Of a stretch of DNA of 64,000 bases, positions 48,414 to 58,722 are shown piece by piece; positions within the stretch are counted from its first letter, which is position 1; each line of letters opens with the position of its first letter. This DNA is from Bugula neritina (lineage: Eukaryota; Animalia; Bryozoa). Location: contig CAXIUT010000134.1 in assembly GCA_964035545.1 (NCBI GenBank), forward strand, positions 1 through 64,000, written 5' to 3'. The notes below the pieces were generated by a model that saw only the letters and a list, made by a program, of their open reading frames with translations, had not been told where the DNA came from and searched no databases. A program made the translations under genes and the position numbers.

Positions 48414-50990
48414 TCCTTGTAATGAAATTTATATCTATTTGTATTATATTTTAGACCATTGGAAATGAAGATCATTTCTTTTTAGTCTGTTTGCTAACCA
48501 CTAATAGACTATCAAAAGAACTATGAAACTAGAGGAAAACAAAATAATGTTGTACAAATTTGAAGCTCAGAAAGTGTGGGTAGGTGTTAAATGCTATGAA
48601 AAACCTAAAATCTCCAGTATCTACTTGAGCAGATGTCTAATCTGTAGTGAGCACCATTGTAGTACGTAATCTATTGTTTTGTGTTCACTAAGTTTAAATT
48701 CCGATTAACTATTCCAGAGGCTATCGCAAAATGCTGCTCTCTGATGTAATGCTGAAGAGGCAACCATGCATTAAAACCAGCTGAACATATGTAGGAATAG
48801 ACACATATTTTCATGTGATGTTAGTTGAACAATTATTCAGTGTAGGTTTTGAATTATTTGAGTTCAATGCTGTAAATGTATCATGTTATGTTTCATGTAT
48901 TATTTTTAGTCACTTGTTAATTTTGCATCAAATAACTTTACAAAAATAGTAGTAAATTATTATAATGGTACGCAATATCGTTAAAATGCTACAGTAGCAA
49001 GTGGCAGAGACTCGGCATGTATAGCTAATTTTGATATTGCTAGGTCTCTCTCTGCCTCCCCCCCCCCTCTCTCTAGGCCTCCCCTATTTCTTTCTTCATC
49101 TTTCAATTGAGAGTAAAGCAGCTGTCTTGGTCACCAACTATTTCCCATTCTGTACACTTGGCCTAACCATCTCAGACTCTGCAAAACTTGTTGGTCATAT
49201 TGCCAGAAACTTAAAAATCTGTTTCAATGTAGAAAGCAGACCTGGCAGCCATTGGTTCATTGTTTATAGTTTGATAAAGGGCTTCATAGCTTGTTGATAA
49301 TTGTTTTGACCCTAAAGGTGGCTAATTCATATTTAATGTTGGCTGATCTTGTTTGTATTTTCCCAAAACTTCATAATTCATATTTGGTATTTTTGATTGT
49401 CATTTTAATGGTTAGTGTATAATATTCTCATGTACTATTATTTCTTTTTAGTGTTGAAGGAAAGTTGCCCGATCCATCTTTCACCAGGAAAACTAAGAGC
49501 TCCGATATTTGAATTATAGCATAGAAGAGGTTAGCACAAGGGTTTTCTACACCAGTTCAGGTAAACTGGCTACATGATAATGGTGCAAGGTTTTAAACTT
49601 ACTATCATTCCATTTTGATTTTGCATTATGGGAATGGATGCTCATACATATGGACTTGTGCTTGTGGTTTGCATTTACTTATGGTTGGGGTCTCATCTTT
49701 CCAAACATATTTTAATGAAAAATCAATTTGGAAATGCAATGCTTGGTAACTTAGTGTATAACATCAATCATATTTAGTGAAAATACTTAGTTTTTTCACA
49801 TCTGCTCCAGTTTAACAATATGCTGCTGTGATAGACTTTTTAGTACAGGTCTGAAATCACCTATATAACCCCATTGAAAATGTAAATTAGCATTTGGAAA
49901 TGAATTATTCTTTTAATAATGTGTCACAAGCAGCCAATTATATACATTATTTTCGCTTTCTGTAAGCGTTTTATTAGGTGTTGCATTTTTGGTGTTTTAG
50001 GATTTGAGATTGACTTCAAAACTCCAATTTGCAACATTTTAGGAATGTCATGTCTAAATATTTATTTGTTAGGTTTACCAGGAACGTACCAGATCATTTC
50101 TAGGGGTTATTTAGTGCAATTCTGCATTTAGATCATGTAAACATCCACTCAAGTTAGTGCATTGACAAATTCACAATAGTGGTAAAAACCAGGTTCATAT
50201 TACGTTGTCATTATGTTGCAGCAAGTAACCTCTGATGTAAATTTATGTTTACAACCTATCAATATGCTCTGACCTACAGTCTTTATTGCCATTCAAGGTG
50301 TTCCTCACTGCTGGTCAACCCCATTAACCCCCAACTTACTGCCTACATAGAAGACTGTCTACTCTCCCTTCATTGTACATAGCTCATACAATAATTTGGA
50401 TATTTGCTTTTGCAGATTCATTACATAAAATACCAGCCATTGTGCTAAAAAGTAAAGTTTTGTTGTAGTCTCATCTACTAGTACTCATAGTTCTACCACA
50501 AGTGTTATGTTTTTTATGAAATTTTTGTTTTGAGGTTTTTCAGTTTCACTAATTACTGCTTTAATGGTCATTGTCAATCGATTTCTGGTATAGAAACAAG
50601 TTGTTTCAGAAAAGCTGTACATATAAATTCTTAATTCCCCATGTTATTTTTATTATTGTAGATATCTTGGTCTGCCTCCCAGTTTGCTCCTGATAAGTGG
50701 TGAAGAAATCGGCTGATATGTAGATGCATTAGTGGAGAAATTGAGATAGACTAAGGTCTTTAATTTTCCTAATTATCGCAATAACATAACTTTTCTTGCT
50801 AAGTTTATAACCTGTATAATACATGTTTTTCTCAATTTTCATATCACTTCACTTGCCTCAGGAAATGACACTAACTTTGAACCTAAGCATTCTAAGTGCT
50901 TGAATCTTTCACAGCAAATAATTATTATACAAATTATTCTCAGTCACTGAATAAAGGATTTGTGAGATTCATGCTGATTGTCTTATTTAA

Positions 50991-51131
50991 TACTTCTCTA
51001 TTGCTCTTATAAAAATTACAGCTTTTAATTGTTGAAATATTTACAGTTAATAATTAAAGGGGTGAGCCCATCATCCGTTGTTTAGCCTCAGCATCATAAC
51101 TCTATAGAGGCTGCTAATTCACTGAATACCA
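50991..51131 (+). repeat. ~140-bp segment with an inverted copy at 54604-54746
   Basis: TACTTCTCTATTGCTCTTATAAAAATTACAGC...ACTGAATACCA matches the reverse complement of TGGTATTTAGTGAATTAGCAGCC...GAGCAATAGAGAAGTA. Confidence 0.93.
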
Positions 51132-52465
51132 GGTTATTCTAGTTTATGTTTACATAACTGGTATGACCATATCTTAGTTTAATATATGCAGCTTGAATTT
51201 TTTAAAGTCGAAGAGCTATAATAAAGTTCTAGCTAAGATTTTATAGTTCAAAGCATAATGAATATACTGATATTATAAACTGCTGGCTCAGCCACTTGCC
51301 CAGTTTACATGTTGGTAACCCACTGCAGCATGAACTCTGACGCTAATGTGCTTTGACATTTTAGTTTATAAAACATTGATTTGTGATGTACATTTTGATG
51401 TGCACTTGCAGAAATTGAGGAGCTGTTGATAAAGGTTGATCAATGCTTGGCCAGCCATAATATAATTGCTGTATGAAGATATACTAGTTCTCCCAGTTAT
51501 AGCATGTACATACTTACTAGTAATAAGTGAATTTCCAGACAACCTATTTAATGAAGCAACCGCAAATGATAATAGCAGCAACAAGTGTTGGTAATAAAAT
51601 CTGAATAGGAATTGCACATAGCTGTTAATTAGTTCACACAATGCTCTTATCACTTGAGTAACACAAACAAGTAGCCCATGCCAGCAACTGCTAGTAGGTT
51701 TCAGAACATAAATTTGCTATAGTGGATGGCTTTGGAATGATGAAAGTCATGAATACTCGAAGTGCTACAGTGATCAGCTTACAATTATGAAAGTTTGCAC
51801 ATAATATGATATCTAATTCCTATTTTAATGATGAAATTCAAACTTGACATTCCTTGATATGTTTTCTCTAATATCTTTCTTTGTTTTTCGAAATTATGTT
51901 TATGCTCTTCACAATTTGGTCAAAACGTACACCATTTTTCAAGTTTCACTGCAATTATCTAAATTCTTCATATAGTGGTTCTAGTTACGCTCCTGTGACT
52001 AATTATAACGTTCCTAGTACGTTTGCTGCTCTGTGCGCTATCACAATAACATATAGTACCCTCTCGCACAAATTGGCAATATATTGGATATCTGCCAATG
52101 TAATGTACCCTATTTTACATTAGCAGTTAGTTGCATCTTCTCACCATGTTACAATCTGTTGAAAATGCCTCAGCAAAACATAGTTCTTCGTTTGTTTGGC
52201 AGAGTTAATTTCAGCTAAATCACCTCACTTCACTTTGCAGTCTTGTCAGTAAAGGTCTGTCTATAGTGCAGCAGGTGCACTTTCAGTTTCTCTAACTCAC
52301 ATGTAATTCATTTATGTACATTGTATTCCATAAAATCAATTTAAGGTTTAGCCCATGCAGTGTTCAGTAACTAATTAGTATGCATGTATGTTGTCCTCCT
52401 GTTGAATAATAATATTTCAAAATAGCCATATTTATTATGCATGAGTAGGATTTGCATAAGTTGAC

Positions 52466-52546
52466 AAAAAAATTTGCCACAGAGTAGGGTTGAACCACCA
52501 CCAACAAACACATCACTGGCGCCTTTAACCTCTGGACCACACAGCC
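52466..52546 (-). pseudogene. tRNA-derived (Ser/Leu-like 5' end) Pol III element or SINE head, left-arm copy
   Basis: Minus strand reads GGCTGTGTGGTCCAGAGGTTAAAGGCGCCAG...GGTTCAACCC...TTTTTTT: A box, B box and oligo-T. Confidence 0.55.
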
Positions 52547-52800
52547 ATCATGAATAGTATGAGCACTATATTAGAAACTATCATTACATAAATATTTGGA
52601 GCCTCAAAATATGGGTTTTAATTATTAGGCTGTCAATTAATGTTGACTATAGCAGTGGCTAGCTATTTTCATAAACTGTTGCAATAGTCTCGGGTTACTA
52701 GCAAAGCTAATGGTTTTGAACAAATAACCCAAAAGTTAAAAAATAAGTATAGCTTGCATATTACTAGCTACAAAAACAGGTCTGAAATAGACTGGTAAAG

Positions 52801-52912
52801 CATGCTCTTGCCTATTATTGTAGAGTTTGCAGATGTGCTCCAAAATAAAACTTGAACATGCTCTTGCCTATTATTGTAGAGTTTGCAGATGTGCTCCAAA
52901 ATAAAACTTGAA
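52801..52912. repeat. Perfect 56-bp tandem duplication
   Basis: CATGCTCTTGCCTATTATTGTAGAGTTTGCAGATGTGCTCCAAAATAAAACTTGAA occurs twice. The right arm has a single copy (~56125-56170). Confidence 0.95.
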
Positions 52913-54547
52913 CTGTATGTTATTACATAAGTATTTGTATGCAAAAGAGTGATGGACAAAACTGAGTTTTTGGAAAACAACATACTTGAAGTAAACTTTG
53001 ACAATGGTGTGTTTTTTCTTCATAGACTAGCACAGTTATAGGGCCTATAGCATAACTCTCTAATCATATGAATGTTTATGAAGCCCACAGCTCCTGTAAG
53101 GGTGGCATTGTAATTTGAAACTAAAAATTATGTTGCTGCATTGTGTTTAAGGTATATTATGGAGCAAAATTTGGTGTTGGTAGCCTACCCCAACTGGCAG
53201 TTGTATATAATAAGTACTGATAATAGCAAGGTTAGTATGACCACGTGCTGGCTCTCTGCAGTGTGTATATAACTAACCTCTTGAATAATTGCGCCAATTT
53301 TAAACTCTTGGAAGTTGGCCAAGTTAACAGATCACAGCCAGCCACAGGAGACAAAGCATTACAGCTAGCCATATATTATATACTGATGCACTTGGTAGCA
53401 GAGTGGCTAATCTAATATAGTTCATATTTCAACACCCTTTACTTTGGGAATACAGCCTCTTTTTTTAGGTTTACCTAACAAACTATGAAAATATTTAAAC
53501 TAATATTCTGATAATTTAGAGGTACATTTTAAAAACTAGGTTAATTGCACTTGTTTGCGCAACAACAATAATAAAATATATATTATGCGCAATATGATAA
53601 AAAACACATGATACTATATTATAATATATTATAATGATAATAATATATTATTATAGGTACCATTACTGTATTTAATAACTCTGATGGTTGCCAAAAAAAT
53701 GTATCACACCAATTCTGTAATTACATCAAAGATTATGATAAGAAAATAGAACTAGCTAGGCAGCAGGTTGGAATATAGAGTATCAGTGGAACATTGTTCA
53801 TATAGAACGTAAAGCACCTGGCAAACAGCCAGAAACTGAAAAGCACGACCTCAAACTAACTGTGAATTAAATTGATCAACATAAGCTTTGAGCTAGAATG
53901 CTGTTAAAATTCATATACAAACTGCAATAAAAAGGATTGAATGGCCAGTTGAGATAATTTCATGCTTTGAATATATATTATATTCTAATTGTCACCATTT
54001 AGGTGCATGCAGTAACTATATAAATAATAAAACTGAGCTTGCCTAATAAGTTCTAGTTTACGTTGCTCATATAAATTCTTGTGAAAACATAAACTCTTTT
54101 GCTACGTTTCAACATGAACATAATATGTTCATGTATATGTTCTAGTATATTATACTAGAACACTAGAATACTCGAACATGCTTTATCTGTTAACTTTGAA
54201 ATTGCAGTAACCATCAGTCAAAAAATGCATCTATAGCAGTTCAAGGAAAAAAGTTTTAAAAATAATAAATCATGCTTATATTGTATTAGATTATTTATTA
54301 ATATATTATATATATGTATATAGACGTGTGTGTGCGCGTGTATCTATAAGGACCTATAACAATAATAAACATATAGAAAACACAAAGCCAAAATTGTCTT
54401 CTTTCAATGATATATTTTTAATGATGCTGAGGAAGAAGTTGATAATGCAACTCCTAAAAGCATATGTTGCTCAATGTTTTTTTTTGTATCTGCCGCCAAT
54501 ACTTGTATGTGGTTGCCAACATGTATTTTAAGTTAAATCTTTGCAAA

Positions 54548-54659
54548 TGTTGTTTAGCCTCAGCATATTACAACTCTATTATAGGGGCAGCTAATTCTCT
54601 AAATGGTATTTAGTGAATTAGCAGCCTTTATAGAGTTGTGATGCTGAGGCTAAACAACA
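54548..54659. repeat. ~112-bp imperfect foldback palindrome (MITE-like)
   Basis: TGTTGTTTAGCCTCAGCAT...GCAGCTAATTCTCTAAAT pairs with ATTTAGTGAATTAGCAGCC...ATGCTGAGGCTAAACAACA. Confidence 0.9.
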
Positions 54660-54812
54660 GATGGTGGGCTCGCCCCTTTAATTATTAACTGTAAATATTT
54701 CAACAATTGAATAAGCTGTAATTTTTATAAGAGCAATAGAGAAGTATAATATATGCTTGCTCATGTTTATGTTCACGCATGCGTGTGGATGTCTGTGCAA
54801 GAACACAACATG

Positions 54813-57110
54813 CACAGTTAGTTTAAGGTCACACTTTTCATTTTCTGGCTCTTTGCCAGGTGCTTTATGTTCTATATGAACAATGTTCCACTGATAGCTC
54901 GAACAGGTTGAATGTCACAGGAACAAAAAAAATATGAAAAGATAAAGAAACTTATGTTCTCCAATATACTTTTTTATTTTTTTCAAAAGCCAATTCATGT
55001 TTAAGTTATAGCTTGTTGAAAAACATAGTCCCCCTTCCACATTCTTTTCAATTTATACGCTCCTGACTTGTTATTGTGTCTCAATATGCCTTGTATTTGA
55101 GTGCTTGTTAGTCTCGCTTCACTAACTTTGCCTATACTTCACAAGTGCCAGTGCTGCTGGCTCAAAAGCTAAATGTTATAAACTGTCAGCTAAAACCCAA
55201 TCTTGTATTCCTAGGTTGGTTGGCCTAAATAAAACAATAGTCAAATCATGATTTCATGTTTTAAAAATTTACTCTATTCTAACCTGCTGCCTAGCTATAG
55301 TTCTATTTTTGATGTATAATTACAAAATTTGTGATACATTTTTTTGGCAACCATGTGATTTATAAAATGCAGTAATGGTACTTATAATATTATATTATTA
55401 TCATTATAATATATTATATAGTATTATGTGTGTTTTTATTATACTGCATAATATCTATTTTATTATTGTTGTTGTGCAAACAAGTGCAATTAACCTAGTT
55501 TTCAAAATGTACCTCTAAATTATCAGAATATCAGTTTAGATATGTTCATGCTTTGTAAGGTAAACCTAAAAAAAGAGGCTGTATTCCCAAAGTAAAGGGT
55601 GTTGAACTATGAACTATATTAGATTAGCCACTCTGCTACCAAGTGCATCAGTATAATATTATATGAATAGCTCTGATGCTTTGTCTCCGGTGGCTGGCTG
55701 CGATATGATAACTTGGCCAACTTCCAAGAGTTTAAAATTGGCGCAATTATTCAAGAGGTTACATACTGCACAGAGCTAGCAGTGATAGTAACCTTGCTAT
55801 CGGCTGTACTTATTACAACTGCCAGCATATAAGCTGCATTGTAGAATGCCGTTGGGGTAGGCTAGTAAAACCAAATTCTGCTCTCTAATATACCTTAGAC
55901 ACAATGCAGCAACATAATTGTTCGTTTCAAATTACATTGCCACCCTTACATGAGCTGTGGGCTTCATAAAGATTCATATGATTAGAGATTTATGCTATAG
56001 GCTAGCTATGATGAAAAGAAAACACCATTGTCAAAGTTAACTTCAAGTATGTTGTTTTCCAGAAACTCAGTAATGTCCATTTATATCTCTCGCATACAAA
56101 TACTTATGTAATAGCATACAGTTTAAGTTTTATTTTAGAGCACATCTGCAAACTCTACAATAAGAGCTTGCTTTACCAGTCTATTTCAGACCTGTTTTTG
56201 TAGTTAGTAATACGCAAGCTACTTATTTTTAAACTTTTGGGTTATTTGTTCAAAACCATTAGCTTTGCTAGTAACCCGAGACTATTGCAACAGTTGACTG
56301 CTATCAACATGAATTGACAGCCTAATAATTATAACCCATTTGCACGCAAAATATTTATGTACTCATAGTTACTCATATAGTTGGCAATTTATTAACGATG
56401 ACTGCGTGGTCCAGAGGTTAAAGGCGTCAGCGAGAAGCTGGTTGGTCATGGTTCAATCCTATTATGCTGCATTTTTTTTTGTCAATTTATGCAAATCCTA
56501 CGCATGTATAATAAATATGGCTATAATTGTAAAGTTTTTTTTAACTTTTGTTCAACAGTAAGACAACATACATGCATAATACTTAGCTACTGAACACTGG
56601 GCTAAACTTTAAATTGATCTTATAGAATACAATGTACTTAAAATAATCATATGTGAATTAGAGAAACTGGAAGTACAACTGCTGCACTATAGACAGACCT
56701 TTACTGACAAGACTGCAAAGTGAAGTGATTTAGCTGAAGAAATTAACTCTGCCAAACAAACAAAGAATTATGTTGTGCTGAGGCATTGTCAATAGATTGT
56801 AACATAGTGAGATGATTCAGCTAAGTGCTAATGTAAAACAGGGAACATTATATTGGCAGAAATCCAATAGATTGCCAATTTGTGCGAGAGGGTACTATAT
56901 GTTATTGTGATAGCGCAGAGCGGCAAACGTACTAGGAATGTTATAATTAGTCACAGGAGCGTAGCTAGAACCACCATATGAAGAATTTAGATAATTGCAG
57001 TGAAACTTGCAAAATGGTGTATGTTTTTACCAAATTGTGAAGAGCATAAACAGAATTTCAAAAAACAAAGAAAGTATATTAGAGAAAACATATTAAGGAA
57101 TGTCAAGTTT
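54813..57110 (-). repeat. Right arm of large inverted duplication, with an extra ~374 bp (54897-55270) absent from the left arm
   Basis: 54813-54896 pairs with 53781-53864, and 55271-57110 pairs with 51840-53781. Confidence 0.97.
56400..56480 (+). pseudogene. tRNA-derived Pol III element or SINE head, right-arm copy
   Basis: GACTGCGTGGTCCAGAGGTTAAAGGCGTCAG...GGTTCAATCC...T9. A box, B box and terminator are present but there is no clean cloverleaf. Confidence 0.55.
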
Positions 57111-57214
57111 AACTTTTAGACTTTATAAAATGAATCCCCTGTGCTACAGCAGTGGAACATGGAGGGTGTAAAATTTTACTTATTATGCAACAACGTTCTC
57201 AGAAAATTTTTTAT

Positions 57215-57378
57215 TGAAAAATTAAAAAAGTATATGAAAGAGGAATGCAAGAGCTATCTTTTCATGTAAAATTTGTTAATGTGAGACAAAAACTGTTCGA
57301 GCTATCCCCTGGAAACCGTTTATATATAACATAAAGCAGTGCCTGAATGTGGAAAGTAATGACCTTAAACTAACTGTG
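57215..57378 (+). repeat. Older, diverged third copy, inverted relative to 54813-54985
   Basis: TGAAAAATTAAAAAAGTATAT, TATCTTTTCAT, CTGTTCGAGCTATC and GACCTTAAACTAACTGTG match the reverse complement of 54813-54985 in order. Confidence 0.75.
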
Positions 57379-58714
57379 TGGCACATACTGAGATCGATAT
57401 GTGCCATGAATTGTGTTAGTTTATATGCATGGCGTATGGCATGGCGACATAGTCACAAGAGTTTGTTATGCAAGTGCAGGCTAAAAAATAATATTCTATA
57501 TAATAAAAAAGTGTTATAAGTTATTTTATTGCAAATAAATGGTATGTGATAATAAATTGCATAGCATAGCAAAAAATGCTGCACATGTATAGTTACCACT
57601 AATCAAAAATATTAAATTATATTCATATATTTTAAATAGCATGCATGAATGCAAGATTTTAACTCAAATGTGAAACAAATTTTACTATAGTGTTGTATTT
57701 CAATGGGTTACAGATATTTACTAAAATGTCAAAAATTATAGGTCGACTCAATTTTCATCTGTGCCATTTGCTCATTTTCTAAATTCTACGTAATAATTTA
57801 TATGTGCATCTATAGGTGTGAAATAGAATGGTTACATGTGCCTGTACAACTGGTAAAAGTATAGTAAAACAAGAAAAGAATTAATGTTTACAAGCAAATA
57901 AATTACTATTGAAATTCAATTTTGGGCATTATAAAGCTTTCCATATGCAATATTGTTTTACATTTATTCATATGCCAAAAATTATTTATATATATATATT
58001 TCTTAAAATTATATTTTCTCTCATCAGCTTGAAAATTGTTTTTTTATATAAAAGAGTTTGAGAGTTTATATTAATAAACCAAAAACTGTTATAACATTTT
58101 AATTTTTTACAAGAGTGTATGAATTATGGTGGCATTCAGTCTGCAAAACTATTATTTAATGAGAAGACAATTATGTTTTAATCATGCAGATAGATTCAAG
58201 GAGTTATAAACATATATGAATTGAAATAGAGTGAGAAGACAATTATGCTTCAAGTAAAACTATAAGACCAAGTTCCTATCCAATAGATACAGTGATATGA
58301 GCCTTTCTCTAGAACAAAGTCTAAAAGGAGTGGATTTATATCAAAAAGTCAGACCTGCATCTATTAAGATTTTTCATTCAAAAGTGATAAATTTTGTTAA
58401 TTTTTATTCATAACTCATAGCTTTTGAAATATTTTGGAAGAAAATATTTTTTCAAAATACAGTTACTGCTAAGAATATCTGTATTGATATCACCCCTAAC
58501 TTTATCCACCACTTGTTCTAATTGCTATAATCATCACCTAGCCAATGAAATTAAACTGGCTGTAGCTACAGCCAATCAATTACTCATAACGATTGCGCCT
58601 CGTTAGGCGAACATTGATGACCATTTCTATATAACTCAATACAAAGCCCATTACCACTGATTGACCCGAAGTTCTCTACGACTTCTATAGTGGTATAGGA
58701 TAATAGATATACTG

Positions 58715-58722
58715 ATTAGAAT
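58715..58722 (+). repeat. Right target-site duplication ATTAGAAT
   Basis: Immediately follows ...ATACTG and is identical to 38627-38634. Confidence 0.9.

Larger units (their letters stand above)
51840..53864 (+). repeat. Left arm of large inverted duplication (pairs with 54813-57110)
   Basis: AAACTTGACATTCCTTGATATGTTTTCTCTAATAT at 51840 matches the reverse complement of ATATTAGAGAAAACATATTAAGGAATGTCAAGTTT ending at 57110. Colinear matches continue throughout, with scattered substitutions and indels. Confidence 0.97.
38635..58714. mobile_element. 20,080-bp DNA transposon-like insertion with 8-bp TSD, probably non-autonomous; superfamily uncertain (KDZ/Zisupton-like, hAT or P)
   Basis: ATTAGAAT is present at 38627-38634 and 58715-58722. 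Termini are CAGTGCATC and GATATACTG (reverse complement CAGTATATC, 7/9 match). The flanking variant pattern matches uninterrupted sites at 12318, 17007, 22315 and 34540 with exactly 8 bp duplicated. Confidence 0.9.

Noticed and set aside
53771-53785. 15-bp match to a satellite variant (GAATATAGAGTATCA) inside the element
   Set aside because: It spans a deletion junction and is not contiguous in the other arm, so it is probably coincidental.
53784-54893. Nested hAT-like MITE with CAGTGGAAC...GTTCCACTG ends
   Set aside because: There is no TSD (TAGAGTAT versus ATAGCTCG), and homology continues beyond these ends as part of the larger inverted duplication.
58161-58247. 15-bp direct repeat GAGAAGACAATTATG, two copies
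   Set aside because: It is an isolated short duplication with no recognisable element between the copies.
47987-58606. Short 60-95 aa ORFs from the ORF track (47987, 49031, 49919, 51366, 51881, 52768, 54328, 56340, 58424)
   Set aside because: They mostly have non-ATG starts and AT-rich random composition. The 47987 ORF begins at a splice donor, and several lie in the inverted-repeat arms.
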